Of a stretch of DNA of 64,000 nt, positions 30,555-44,999 are shown in pieces. The notes under the pieces were generated by a model. The model was given only the letters and a program-made list of their open reading frames with translations, ran no database searches and was not told the origin of the DNA. Made by a program: the position numbers and the translations under genes. How positions within the stretch are numbered: position 1 is the first letter of the stretch; each line of letters starts with the position of its first letter. This DNA is from the human T2T-CHM13v2.0 reference genome, Homo sapiens, in NCBI RefSeq assembly GCF_009914755.1, contig NC_060930.1; one strand, 5' to 3'.

Positions 30555-31432
30555 GTAGGTTCCCAGAGAGAGAAGAACTGCAGTGGGGAATGGGCATGGG
30601 CAGGGAGGCTCAGGAGGCACTCAGAAGAGAAAAGTAAAACTGAGGGGGTTGGGATACATACAGTGGTTCTTATGCCAGAACTGAGGGTGAATGGTACCCT
30701 CAAATCTCTCTACTCATTGGCTCAATCATTCTCCTGGGCTCTGGTATTCTCAGTTGCACACTAGGTTATGTGCTTGGGAAGTGCCCAGTGGAGAATACGA
30801 AAGGTGAGCAACAAAGGGGCTGGCCCTGCAGGGGAAGGTACATAGCTGTCCTTTCCACCCTCAGCAAACACAAGGCACCGTGCGCTGTTCCTGGTCTGGG
30901 AAAGAAGCCAGGATCCTTGAGTAAACTCTCTCTTCAGGATGCATGTCATGGGTCAGTCTCACTGGGAGACTTCCTTAAAATATGAGCCTGCTGGTGGGAT
31001 GGAAGAGTCAGTCCTCCTGCCCTGGGCTGCCCACTATTGTGAAGGTAGATTGCATCAGAGATTTAGTGTGATTTTAGTTTATACCTTAGAAAAGTTCAAA
31101 AGTCTAAACCACTAGCCAAAACACCAAATGAAGCATTGAAATGATGAACAACGAGCCTTGGAGCCACCCCTATTTTGGGCTATCCCCATTACTCAGTTCT
31201 TGGCATCAGTGTGGGTACCTGGAAGTCAATGTTGTCTTTTGAGGCTGTGTTAGGCATCCTGAAGTCCAGTGGGGCAACTCACACAGTCTCAGCTCCAGGC
31301 ACAGCCTAAGGTTCTCAAAATGGGGCTCCATTAACACAAATAGGAGGTGTTTGGAATGTGTTGTACTGACCTGAGCCATGGTTGGAAGACTAAATGTTAG
31401 AGTTTGGTTGTGTACTGCTTTCTCCTGCCCAG

Positions 31433-31486
31433 GAATTAGATGCTACACAAAGAGGCCAGGGTCCACCTGAAGACAGTGCTGGCCAG
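31433..31486 (+). pseudogene. CCDC162P: CCDC162P exon I (ELDATQRGQGPPEDSAGQ)
   Basis: tctcctgcccag| ... CAG|gtaggt; 54 nt, phase 0->0. Confidence 0.8.
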
Positions 31487-31808
31487 GTAGGTCATTTCCT
31501 ATTAAAAGGTTCTCTTCTCCATTTCTCACATCCACACTCTCAGGGCTAGCCAGCTATGGGATGCCTTAGAGTCATTTGCTTGTGTCACCTGTAGAAGTCC
31601 CGTCAGTGAAGGTCCACTGCAGGAACACCAAGGAGTGTGCTTTCACTTTTGGTGAGCAACCCTCCTTAGGGTGCATTTTTTTTTCTTGAGTTTTTTGGTC
31701 GCTTTTGTTATTTTGTACTGGTTTTGTTTTGTTCTGTTTTTGTTGTTACTTTGGGGAGTTTTGTTGTTGTTTCTTGTTTTCTTTTGATGCCAGTTAAGGT
31801 GCATTCCA

Positions 31809-32106
31809 GGCCAGACGCGGTGGCTCACGCCTGTAATCCCAGCACTTTGGGAGGCTGAGGTGGGTGGATCACCTGAGGTCGGAAGTTCCAGACCAACCTG
31901 ACCAACATGGAGAAACCCCGTCTCTACTAAAAATACAAAATTAGCCAAGTGTGGTGGAGCATGCCTGTAATCCCAGGTACTCGGGAGGCTGAGGCAGGAG
32001 CATTGCCTGAACCCGGGAGGTGGAGGTTGCGGTGAGCCAAGATCGCTCCAGCCTGGGCAACAAGGGCAAAACTCTGTCTCAGACTAAATAAATAAATAAA
32101 ATAAAA
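31809..32106 (+). mobile_element. Alu (Sp-like)
   Basis: acatggagaaacccc diagnostic; TSD tgcattcca. Confidence 0.93.
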
Positions 32107-32421
32107 TGCATTCCAAAAAAGAAAAGGGATGTTTGGGCTGAGGTGTCAAGGGGAGGCCAGTTTGGAAATGGAGGCCAAGACAGTTGAAGTATTTTTCTCT
32201 AACTGAAAAGGGCCTATGTAGTGGCTTTTCTGGGGTCACTTATTCACCAGTCAGTGTCTGGCACTGTTCTGGGACCTTTGAATTGTCCTTAAATTCTTCT
32301 GCCCACATTTATTTAGCAGAATGTTCACTCTCTTCATTAGGTTTAAAATAGAAGTGAAATTCAATACTGATCTATAAGAAACTATTTTGTAGTAGCAGTT
32401 TGAAACTCCTAAATTGTTTTT

Positions 32422-32423
<2 letters not shown>

Positions 32424-32467
<44 letters not shown>
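32424..32467. repeat. (CA)22 microsatellite next to the exon J acceptor
   Basis: Pure CA run ending 17 nt before exon start 32485. Confidence 0.97.
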
Positions 32468-32468
<1 letters not shown>

Positions 32469-32484
32469 TTTCTCATGCTTCTAG

Positions 32485-32652
32485 ATTGCAGAGCTCAGTC
32501 ATGATATGATCATGGAAATCACCACTCTGAGAGCCCAACTCACAGACTTGGAAGAAGTGAATCTGAATCTCAAGAAGCAGATTAGAAAAGAAGTCCAAGA
32601 AGAATATGAAGCATTAGTCCGAGCTTTGTTTGAGACCTGTTTACACATAAAA
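32485..32652 (+). pseudogene. CCDC162P: CCDC162P exon J (IAELSHDMIM...TCLHIK), coiled coil
   Basis: gcttctag| ... AAA|gtaagt; 168 nt, phase 0->0, heptad-like L/E/K pattern. Confidence 0.9.
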
Positions 32653-33962
32653 GTAAGTGTCCCGTGTTGAACATCTGGGCCACCCATTGGGTAGCCGAGT
32701 GTAACGGATTCCCATGGTGGCTGCACACCCAGGGATCGATGACAGAATAATGGGCTTTGTAGTAACAAGAGATTGTTAGGCCCAAGAATTTTCTAGCTCT
32801 AAGCTTTCACTGCAGAAAGAGAGTCAGCAATGGGTTGTCATTAACCACGATAGACACTGAATTTGGGGATAATATAGAAGTCTATCTTTTACCCTCTATT
32901 GACAGTTGCTATTGTCACTGTCTGATTGCTGTTGGGAGGACAGAGTGTTCTGCTCCCCACAGTCCCTCACCTCCCCAGTTTCTATCACCATTTTATCTGT
33001 TAGTGTGACTTTCCAGACTACAGTGCCTGGGCCAGGCCGGACCTTACGTAGGTAGCAGCAGGTGCCTCTGGAGAACTCCCTGGACACATTCAGAATTTGA
33101 ATCAGCTTCCACATTTTTTTCCAACCCTCAAAATGCCTGCCAGCCTCACTCTCACATTCAATGTCAGCAAACTGCTGACCTGTCAGCAAAGACCCATTGC
33201 AGAAGTGATGGGGTACGCATGCACCCGCAGCACTGTGGAAGCCAATCGCTTTCATGTGATGTTTGCACAGCCATAAGATAGATGCCCCAAGCCTAAAATG
33301 GGCCATCAGGGAGACTGGTCCAGCTGACTCACCAGTGTGAATTTCAGTGCAACCTACCACCTGCAAGTCCACAGCTTCCCCCAACCCTGTCCCCTTCCCT
33401 GCTATTGGATACACCCCAAAGCCAGCCCCGTTTGGGTCCTTGAGTCTCTCCCCAGGGATTGCAGAATGGCCCTGAGGGTTGTTAGGTTAACAGGAGCTTC
33501 CACCAGTACTCACCTTGGCCTGGTCATTCCAGCGAGAATTTCCTCTTACTTGCAGTGTAAATGCTTACACATATTAAGGGATCGAACCCAAAATGTATTA
33601 GGTCTGGTGCTGCAGGAGAAGGATGGGCAGACAGTGACAGCTGGAATTTGCTAAGCCATCTTTCAGGTGTGAGATTGTTGAGAAATGTCTTAAGTTCCTT
33701 TTAGCTTCTGCCAGATTCCCAGTTAAAAAGTAGATTCTCTCTGTTTCCCAGGCTGAAGTAGTTCCACCAAGCCTCCTACAGTAGGGAATCCCTGTTATAT
33801 TCCAGGGTCCCACGAAGTTGCTAAAGCTTGTGTTGTGTGGCCAGAGCCAGGCTTCCCTCCGTGGCTCCCAGCTGGGCACCCTCCTCCTGCCTTCCTCTCC
33901 AGGGAAGTGGTTTAGAAGTGAGAGGACACCCCTACCCTACCTCTCACCCCAGAGACACTGGG

Positions 33963-34342
33963 TGTCTTAGTCTGCTCAGGCTGCCATAACAAAATATGAT
34001 AGGCTGCACAGCTTAAACAACAGAAAGTATATTTCTCACAGTTCTGGAAGCCAGAAGTCTGAGATCAGGGTGCCAGTGTGGTCTGCTTCTGGCTGAGGGC
34101 ATGCTTCCTGGCTTGCAGGTGGCTGCCTTCTCACTGTCCTCACATGGGAGAGAGGGAGAAAAAGAAAGGTCTCTCTCTCTCCCTCTTCCTATAAGGCCAC
34201 AGTCTATTGCAATAGAGCCTCACCCTTATATCCTCATTTTAATCTTAATTACCTCCTAAAGATCCTATCTCTAGATACTGTCACATTGCTGGTTAGGGTT
34301 TCAACATATGAATCTGAGGAAGACACAATTCAGTCCATAGCA
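33963..34342 (-). mobile_element. MLT1A-type solo LTR
   Basis: TG...CA ends with 5-bp TSD CTGGG. Confidence 0.85.
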
Positions 34343-34938
34343 CTGGGTCTTCAGTCGTACTTACCATTGATCAGGCTGTTTCCTCACAAGCCATTTAGCC
34401 AGAAGCCATTCAGAACGGAATATTTCCTAATGGGGTTTCTGCTAGATCCTAAATAGGAAGGCAGCCAGCCTGACTCCCTCCTCCACTTTATCTATATTTA
34501 ACAGAGCTCCTCAGGAGTGGCTCATCTACAGTGTCTTGTCTGCTCACATTCTACTGTGAGTCAACATAGCAGCAAAAATCTTTGGTTCAGCTTCCCAAGT
34601 AACTCTTACCAGGGGCAGTTTGGTCAGCAGGTTTTCTACCTGTGTGACCTTCCACTATCCTCCTGGCTCAGCTTGCCTTGGTGTTGACAAGGAAGGCACA
34701 ATCTAAGATGTGCTGGTGTCCAGAAGATGAAGCCCTGTGAATAAAAGACAGCACTCAGGGGGCCGCTAAGTGTGACTTCCTTATAGTACATGTCAGAATA
34801 ATTGTCTGAGGAGGTGATATCTTAATGTGAAATTACTTACAAAAGTTAAGTTGTAGAAGGCAAAATGGCTTTTCTTCAACTACCCTTCACACTACCCAAA
34901 TCCATTTTACTTCCTTGACTTGATTCTGCAATTTGCAG

Positions 34939-35091
34939 GAGAAGCTGGATGATAATCAGCTTAATTTGATCCAGAAAGTGTGTGAGCTCATCGGTGAAGT
35001 GAGAACAGAAGGGATTGACAATATGAAGGACCTAAAGAAAAAATGGTGCTCTGCCAGCCCCGATGAAGGAATGAAAGAAAACCCAGCCAAA
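34939..35091 (+). pseudogene. CCDC162P: CCDC162P exon K (EKLDDNQLNL...KENPAK)
   Basis: tttgcag| ... AAA|gtatgt; 153 nt, phase 0->0. Confidence 0.88.
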
Positions 35092-35335
35092 GTATGTGAT
35101 TTCATTTAGCAATGGGATATCAGCGTTTCATCCTAGCATCTGACTCTACCATTCACCCTGTTAGCATTCCAGCCTGATTTCCCTGAGAAAGCATTGCATC
35201 AGGCATTTTAAAGGGGGCACAGGGACGCACTGCACAATTGTGTCATCTTCTGGAAGGCATGTTTCTGATGTTAGGGTTTGTGCCCTTCCTATGAAAATGT
35301 TGGGGGCAGCCTTTCCTGAAAATGAGCCTTCTTAG

Positions 35336-35470
35336 CAGGAACAGCTGTGGGCCTTGGAGCAGGACAACTGCAGCCTGGCCAACCTGGTGTGCAAAGTGAG
35401 GAGCCTGGGCCGCTGGAGGCTGGCTGTGCAGCAGGCGTGCTTCCAGGCCCAGCTGAGCAGGACAGAGAAG
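35336..35470 (+). pseudogene. CCDC162P: CCDC162P exon L ((Q)EQLWALEQD...LSRTEK); NAGNAG acceptor
   Basis: cttag|CAG|GAA ... AAG|gtgagc; 135 or 132 nt, phase 0->0. Confidence 0.85.
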
Positions 35471-35972
35471 GTGAGCTCTGGTGGGGGAGACCCAGACAGT
35501 CCCCAGGATGGCTGATCCCAAGCCTCCATGGCTGCAGCTGCCATGGTGTCACTGTAGCTGTGAGTGGCACTGGTGTCAGGTGGTAGGGCCAACCATCCTG
35601 AAGGACCCGACGGTTGGCGATTTTTCCTGGGAACAGGCCATGTGAGAACTTCAGGAGAAACAGAAAGGGGGCAGAAGCAAAGGGGGCAACAAAAAACAGA
35701 TCAGAGAATTCAGCATAAGGGAAGGAAGTGAAAAGATGGAGGAAAGGCTTCACCAAGGCCTTGAGGCTGCTTTGTCAAAATACCGCATATCTTTGGGTTT
35801 CATACATGAGTATCTGAGGAAAATGAAGTCACAAAATAATAAGTGAGAAATCTGCTTTAAGGTAAATTGAGTCCAAAGCTCATATTGATAGCTATTTGGA
35901 AACTTTCACATCCTGTTTCTGAAAGTATTTACTCTCATATGTTACCCTCTTCTGAATTAAAATCATGGAAGC

Positions 35973-36288
35973 AGGCTGGACATGGTGGCTCATGCCTGTA
36001 ATCCCAGCACTTTGAGAGACCAAGGTGGGCAGATCACCTGAGGTCAGGAGTTTGAGAGCAGCCTGGCCAACATGATGAAGCCCAATCTCTACTAAAAATA
36101 CAAAAAAATTAGCCGGGTGTGGTGGTGGGCACCTGTAGTCTCAGCTACTCAGGAGGCTGAGGCAGGAGAATTGCTTGAACCTGGGAGGTAGAGGTTGCAG
36201 TGAGCCAAGATTGTACCACTGTACTCCAGGCTGGGTTGACAGAGAAAGACTCCATCTCTAAATAAATAAATAATAAAATAAAATAAAA
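35973..36288 (+). mobile_element. Alu
   Basis: TSD aaaatcatggaagca. Confidence 0.95.
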
Positions 36289-36435
36289 TCATGGAAGCAG
36301 TGACTAGCAGGAGCTCCCTTCTACCGGAAGTTTGAAAGAAGAATGGATGGGAAAGTGGTTTAGATACTGCTTTTGAAACTAAACATCTGGAAAGGAAACC
36401 TATTTCCTATCTTACTGTGTTTGGGATATTTACAG

Positions 36436-36588
36436 GAATCTATTCAAAGTAAAAAAGAGTATTTGCGCATCAAGCTGATGGCAGAGCGAGAAGTGGGTTT
36501 ATTTCGTCAGCAGGTCCTGGCTCTCAGGCAGGCCCTGGCCAGGGCACAGGCTGACAGCGCGAGGATGTGGAAGCAGCAGGACAGCCAG
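36436..36588 (+). pseudogene. CCDC162P: CCDC162P exon M (ESIQSKKEYL...KQQDSQ)
   Basis: tttacag| ... CAG|gtatct; 153 nt, phase 0->0. Confidence 0.88.
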
Positions 36589-36870
36589 GTATCTGAACCT
36601 CAGAGCCTCTTCCTCATTCCCTTTGCAGTTAACTCTGCAAAGCTGAACGTGGCCACCACACTTGGTGCTGTGGCTGTCAGGAGCAGTCACCAGAGCACCA
36701 CAGCCTGAAGCCACACAGATGGCACAGCCAGGAAAAGATAGCCTGGACTTGGGCTTCCCTTCTCCTCCCTCCTCTCCAGCCCAGAAACCAAGGGCGGTGG
36801 CCAAAAGGCTATTGTTCTTACTCATGTGGCTGAGAAAATATTACTCCTAAGCAAGATCATTATCACATAC

Positions 36871-36896
36871 GTGTGTGTGTGTGTGTGTGTGTGTGT
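36871..36896. repeat. (GT)n microsatellite
   Basis: ~13 units. Confidence 0.95.
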
Positions 36897-38023
36897 CCAT
36901 TTCTCTGAGGATCTTTTTGCTAGAGGCTGTCCTGGGATCCTGGGATCTAGGCCTCTGCCTTGAACACAGGCTTTCATGGGGCAAGCACGCTTCCAGTTGA
37001 CAACAATCCTTGGCAAGTAGAGTGTGGTCCAGCCTTGTAGTATTATCCCCCATGCGAGACTGTATCCTTTCCCAGTGATCCATACTGTGTCTCACTTTCA
37101 GAAGTTACTGCTGCGCGATAGGGGCCGGCACCAAAATAAAGGCATTCTAAGCCTAAGCATTTCCTTACTGTGCCAACCCTCTGGGCATGAATGAAGCAGG
37201 GGGACTCTAGGTTTAGAGTGAGAACAGCTGAGTTAAAGTAACAGCCTGGGAAAGCTAGGCGTATTTAAAGCATGAAATTTAATTTGTTCATCTTGGACCC
37301 TAATTCCTCCATGATTCTGCATCAGATGAGTTAACTATGTAAAGTACATTATAAACTGTAAAGTCATCATACAGATATGAATAATAATTAAGTATTGACC
37401 ATCTAGTACTTAGGATAATACTTATTAGAAAAACTTTGGAACAGAACGAAATTATTTCTACCCTTATCCTTCTTTAACTATCTAGAGTCTGACTTCCCCA
37501 GATTTTTGGAAGGGAAAACAGAGCCTAAATCAGAACCTCCTTTCTTCGCCCATTGTGTGTATGGCATGGCCCCATCTCCTTGGTGTTAAACGCTTCCACG
37601 GCTACCTCCTGACAAAGGCTCCACGACAATGTAAATGTTGTTTGTGCTAGATATGATTATCTGGTTAGTAAGCTAACATACATATTATCAAATCTGGGTA
37701 TTAAAAGACCAAATTATTTGCCCTGGCACTGCTGTACAGTGGCGTGATCGCATGCCTGGCTTTTGGTGTCTGTTCTGCTTCCCTCTGACTGTCACTGCAG
37801 GGCTCACAGTGTAAACGCCAGGCTAGGCTAGATCCTGGTGCTCTGGCTAGCACAGGACAGAATCATTGGGCCGCATTTTCTAGAGCCCAGGAATACACCA
37901 TGTAGTTGTGTCCCTGAGCCCCAAAGGAGGGGATGGTTATTATGCTTTCCAACCTCTTCCCCCCTTCTGCTGGGAAGAAAGGCTCCCTGCCTTCTCCTTT
38001 CTTTTGGCGTTTTCCTGCCACAG

Positions 38024-38233
38024 GCTCAACTGCTGAAGGAGTTAGAACATAGAGTGACCCAGGAAGCTCTCACCCAGCAGCAGCTGCATTTTATGAAAAC
38101 ATCCAGGATGGAGAAGCTCTTGGAAGATGTGGGGCAAAAAGAACAGCAACTGCAGCTCCTTAGCAAAGAGGCTGAGAGGGCTTCTAAGCTGGGCCAACTG
38201 CAGCAGAAAAAAATGAAGAGGGACCTCCACCAG
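38024..38233 (+). pseudogene. CCDC162P: CCDC162P exon N (AQLLKELEHR...KRDLHQ), coiled coil
   Basis: long pyrimidine tract ccacag| ... CAG|gtaaac; 210 nt, phase 0->0. Confidence 0.9.
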
Positions 38234-38829
38234 GTAAACCTCAGTAAGAGGGAGTGTCCAACCAGAGTGCACCTGGTGCCCCAGCGAGGGCTGCTGCATC
38301 CTTCCCCTGCGTGCCCATGCCTCTCTCCTGTCCCCCACAACAGTATTTCTCAACCTCTGTCACTTATAGGCAGCCCAGGAGAATGGTAGCAACTCTCCCC
38401 ACAGTGTCTCCCCACACCACAGGGATTGCTGGGCAGGCCATGGTGGCTTGGCTGCCTCAGGGCTCAGAATCTCAGCACCCCTGTAACCTACTGGAAAAAC
38501 CTGTTTCTACCCAGCTCTCATCTTTGAACTAGGAATCTTTTAGAAAATTCCAAGCAGTAACCTGGAAAAGCAGCAAGTGTTAATGGAGGCTATGACAAGA
38601 AGATTTTATTCAAGTGTTTCAGGAACTGCAGAGACAAAAATGAAAGGCAAAAGTGGTTTGCAGATCCAATGTATTTTGTTAACTACACCTAACAACAAAG
38701 AAATAGAAGAGAATAATACTAGAATGTAGATGTGGATTAATACAAGTTTCAACAAAGCAGAAAACAATGTAATTCAATAAAAAAGGAAAAAGTAATTTCC
38801 AAAGCAGGCACCTCACACATATCCATTGA

Positions 38830-39279
<450 letters not shown>

Positions 39280-39863
39280 TTAAAATTTGAATTGAGTTAA
39301 AGAAAATATATAGAAATGGGGGGAGAAAATGAGTAGCTTTAGAATAAAAATTAGAATTTCATATTTATTGCCTGAAAAGTAAACAAAAATATGACTCAAC
39401 CTATAAGAAAACTTTGGCATCCCAATTTTGTGTTACAAATCATGCTTTTCTAAAAGCCACCACAAAAACAGGGAAGTTCGTAGATTCATTTCTTCAAGGT
39501 TTTCTCTAGTTAATTATTTGTTTCATGGCAGATATTCTAGAGGTGGTCAAAACAAATATTTTGAGGTTTCTCTCAACAAATGTGCACTTTACCATATGTA
39601 CGTATAAGCCATTGGCCCTTTGTAGAGTACACCTCCAGCTCTCCTGACAGCTCAAGTGTCCCTGCGCCTACCTACTCTAAACAGCAATCCTCAGCCAGCA
39701 AGACCCGAGCCCCCCACCCTCACCCCCCGGCCCCTTCCAGCCAGAAGTGGCTTCTTTAATCTATCTCCGGCCTCTGACTCCATGGGCAGATAATTCACTG
39801 TCTGACCTCGGAGAGCCTCAGTGTCCTAACCTGCTGCCTGCGCCTGGTTGAGGTCACTTATAG

Positions 39864-40193
39864 TAGGGGTTTCCAACCCCCAGGCTGTGGACCGGCAGGG
39901 GTCCATAGCCTGTGAAACTGGGCTGCACAGCAGAAGATGAGCAGTTGGCAGCATAACTGCCTGAGCTCCGCCTCTTGTCAGACCAACGGAGGCCTTTGAT
40001 TCTCATAGGAGCACAAACCCTATTGTGAACTGCACATGTGAGGGATCTAGGTTGCCTGCTCCTTATGAGAATCTAGCTAGTGCCTGATGATCTGAGGTAG
40101 AACAGCTTCATCCTGAAACCATTTGTCCCCACCCGGTGGAAAAACTGTCTTCCATGAAACCGGTACCTGGTGCCAAAAAGGTTGGGGACCAGT
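39864..40193. mobile_element. MER1B (hAT-Charlie MITE)
   Basis: Typical MER1B body, 8-bp TSD-like a(c/t)tta(t/g)ag. Confidence 0.85.
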
Positions 40194-40352
40194 GATTTAG
40201 AGCACAGGCCCTGGAGTGGAACTGAGTGGTTCATACCGCTGGCCCTCCAGCGGTGTGGCTTTGGGCAAGGTCTGTGGCTTCTCTATGCTTTGATTTCTTC
40301 ATCATTACAATGGAAACAATGTACTCACTTCACTGAATTTGGGGGATGATTA

Positions 40353-40840
<488 letters not shown>

Positions 40841-41376
40841 CAGCAAAATCACGGTGTGATACATAGCTCTCAGTAAATGTTGGCTGTTTATATTTTTGTT
40901 GGGAATGTGAAGGTAGACAGCCTTGGAAACAGGTAGGTAGACCTGGACTCAAATCCTGGCTGTGTGGCCTTGGGCAAGTCACTTCACCAGCCTCTGTGAC
41001 ATTGGGGTGAGTGACCTAACACAAGGAGGTCCTGAGGAAGCACGCTTCCTTGCTGGTGTTTCTTAGGTTTCCTAGTGCCAGCCTGGCTCAGGAAATCTTG
41101 ATATGTTTCCTTGGCACCAGCCCGTAGGGAATGAGGATCCTACACAAATCCCTACAGTATGGAGAGGGGCTTTGGACCTACTTTATATTAGGAAGTTTTC
41201 CTAACTCTGGAGCTCTGGTAATCTTCTGAAATTTAAACTATGCTTGGGGGCCCCCCGACATAAGGAAGAGCCCACTTTAACATTTAGGGCAATACTATGC
41301 AGGGGCCTTCTGGCTGGGTCTGTATAGGCGGAGTGGGATGTACAATACACATGGCTGAATGCTTGAGATTAGCACG

Positions 41377-41824
41377 TGTATTCATTTCCTAGAGTTACCT
41401 TAATAAATTATCACAAACTGGGTGGCTTAATAGAATAAAAACGTATTCCTTCACAGCTCGGGAGGCCAGAAGCCTGAAACTAATGTGCTGGCAAGGCTGG
41501 TTCCTTTTGGAGGCTCTGAGGAAGAATCTGTTCCATGTCTCTTCTTAGTCACATTTTGGTCTCTGGCATTCCTCGGCTTGTAGTTACCTCACTCCAATCC
41601 TGCCTCTGTCATCATGGAGCCTTCTTCCTATGTGCTCCTCTGAGTTTCTGTATCCTTATCCTATCTTCTTTGTAAGGACAACAGTCATTAGATTCAGGGC
41701 TCACCTAAATCCAGTATGACCTCATCCTAACAAGTCCATCTACGAAGACCCTATTTCCAAATAAGGTCACATTCTGAGGTTCCAGGTAGACATGAAATTT
41801 GGGGGGTACTCTTCAAACCACTAT
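41377..41824 (-). mobile_element. MLT1B/C-type solo LTR
   Basis: tcacaaactgggtggctta...ggaggctctgagg...ccaaataaggtcacattctgagg. Confidence 0.8.
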
Positions 41825-42463
41825 AGTATATATTACTTTTCTACAAGTAAAAACAATTAGGAGATTATAAATTGAAAAAGCAAAACCACCTGTCATCTGT
41901 GCAGATGAGATACACTTTGGACCTGGGCACTGCCTGGCTGGGGAGTGTGGGCTAGCCGTGCACGGGGAGAGCCATATAAGTCAATACAAAGGTTGCTTCT
42001 GGAGATGGGCTTGTCAGAACAGGGCATTCCCGGCAGATGCTGAGCTGAGAGCAGAGATTTAGGAGATAGATAAGTCTTTCCTCTGTTTGAAACTGTCCAG
42101 GGGCTCTGACAGGTCCTCACTGTAGATGCAGTGGCTAGGCCTCCAAGGCCCTGTGTGCACTGGGCCCTCCCTCCCCTCTTCCTCTACTTATCTGATGAAA
42201 TAAACATGAAAGATATAACCTTGTGAATAAGTTCCTAGCTATTATAAGGTATAAGGGATTCCACGGACTGTTCCTTTTTGGTTAAGTTCTTGGTCTTCCT
42301 GAAGTTCTTGATTCTCAGAAGGCTGAGTTCAGCCTAATCAGGACTTTAAGAGCCAGTTCTCTTTGCAGGGTAGCCTGGGACACCCATTCTCCCTAGGAAC
42401 CCCCTGTGAACTGAGGAAATGAAAGTGAGCACAAAGAATCTCTGCTTCTCATTTTCCCCTCAG

Positions 42464-42584
42464 ATGAGAAGCCGGCTTGCCCAGGAGCGCAGTGTGAAGC
42501 TGGATGCTCTCCAGCGTGCAGAGGAGCTGCAGGGTCAGCTTCACGATGCCCAGCGGTCAGCTGTCCCCATGGGCTCGTCAGGCG
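42464..42584 (+). pseudogene. CCDC162P: CCDC162P exon O (MRSRLAQERS...PMGSSG)
   Basis: ttttcccctcag| ... GGCG|gtaagg; 121 nt, phase 0->1. Confidence 0.88.
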
Positions 42585-42838
42585 GTAAGGATAACCCCTG
42601 CTCTGGCTAGAAAACCCTCCCAGTCTCTGGGGTCTGAACTGAGGAGGGTCTCAGAGACTCAGGGGGGACCGAATCAGTAACTATCCAGTGGTTATTGAGT
42701 GGGTCCTCCACAATGTTTGTTGAATGACACATAAACGGATAAACCTTAATTCTGATTTACAGTCAAAACTTCCTACTTTAGTACCTTGGAGTACTGACAT
42801 CCAACACTAAAAGGTTTCAGTCATAAAAAACTGGTCTT

Positions 42839-43351
<513 letters not shown>

Positions 43352-44999
43352 CTAAGTTCTCTTCTAGATCTATTAGAAATATCACCAAATATCACTAACC
43401 ATGATTGGCCTGTTGTTATGATTGGCCATGTCTCTTCTTTCCTGTTCTGTACATAGCCTGATAGTTGAGTATATGGGCTTTGGAGTGAAACAGCCAGAAT
43501 TCAGGCTCTGGCTCTGTCACTGCTAGCCACATGACCTTAGACAGACCTTAATTAGCCTCTCCGTAAAATGGGAATACTCACCTCAAAGGCTTGCTCTGAG
43601 ATTAAATGAAATAATTCCTGTCTTGACACCTTAGTATAGTGGCACTTAGTAATTGTGCAAGTGTTGGTTACTATACTTGCATACATGTGTTTAGCCCTTT
43701 ATCTGTGTTTCCTTTTGGCTACCTTCCAGCGTGAATGAGCTGAGCAAACAGCCTTTCAGGAGCACAGAGTCACAGATGAAATTACTTTGGGTTTACTAAG
43801 AGCAGAGCTGGACTTGGCAGTAAAGCTCACAGGGCCCTCCTTCCTGCTTCTGGGTTGCTGCCTGGACCTGACATTGGGAGCTGGTGTCCCCTGCCCCAGC
43901 TACTGGTTATTGCTGCTGCCCCAGCCCCAACATAAAGGGCATCAAGAGCACACAAGGGCCCTACTTTGGCACCTGACCCTATGCAGTTCGGTACCTTACA
44001 CTGTCTTCTCCATGTGCCAGGGGATTTTTTCCTTCTCTCCCTTTCACCTCTGCCTGCAGCTTAGCCAAGCATCTTTCTAATCCCTTCCTGGGATAATGCG
44101 TCCTAGTGAACTGCCATCCACATCCTCCAACACCTGCCTATTGTGAAGGAGAACCAGAATGAGGCACGAGGCAGGTGGGGGAGACCCTAATTCCCAGGAT
44201 TGGGGTGGGAGCAGGAGTGGGAAGCAAACTTCTTTCCCAGGAAGTAGAGGTAGACGTTACTCCCGGGCCTCAGCCCTCTTCTGTTTCCCTGTGCAGGGAG
44301 AGGAGGGGTTTGAGGGCACAGTCAGCTATCACCATACTGTTAATGCTAAGCAGTAAAAGTCAGCCATATTCCCACTCCTCCTTCCTCCGCTGTTGCCCAA
44401 CTGGAGTCTCAAAGTGACCCAGGGGTCTTCTGCAGCAGCAGCCATGGCAGCATTCCTGCCTCCCATGTTGGAAGCATAGGTGCACTCAAAGGGCGAGCTC
44501 TCTTTCCTTGCCATTAACGTGATTCCCCTAGGATTTTGCAACTCCTGAGAAATGAAGATTTTTTTCTAAATCAATTATTTTAGACATGCTTAAGAAAAAA
44601 TGAAATCACTTGGCTCATAAAACTGTAAAATGTTGAGAGGAGGCCTGGCTAAAGGTAGCTTCATCAAGGTTTGACCTAGTTCATGAGGACTGCTTTCACT
44701 CTCTCCATCTCTGGCTCTGAGGAGGCTGGGAGCAGAAAGGAAGCAAGGCTCTTTGGAAGCAAGATGGCAGCCACCTCCGTAGCTTCCGTCTCTGTTCATG
44801 CTCAGCATGGCAGGAGCAGGGTATGGAGATGGGACAGTCAAAAAGAATTGGGCTCTGCCTGGACTGACTTGGGTCATGTTGCCAATTTTGAACAAATTAG
44901 TGGAGCCACAGACTAAGATGTCTGGTTGGCTTAGGCCCAGCTTACCTGCTTCTCCACTGGAGCTGAGGGTTGGGTCAGCTCGCTGTCTCCTCCTCTCTG

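Noticed and set aside
32896-33414. 172-aa minus-strand ORF
   Set aside because: No domain or codon pattern; chance ORF in moderately GC-rich intron
37838-38389. 183-aa ORF as a stand-alone gene
   Set aside because: It is exon N plus open intron flanks
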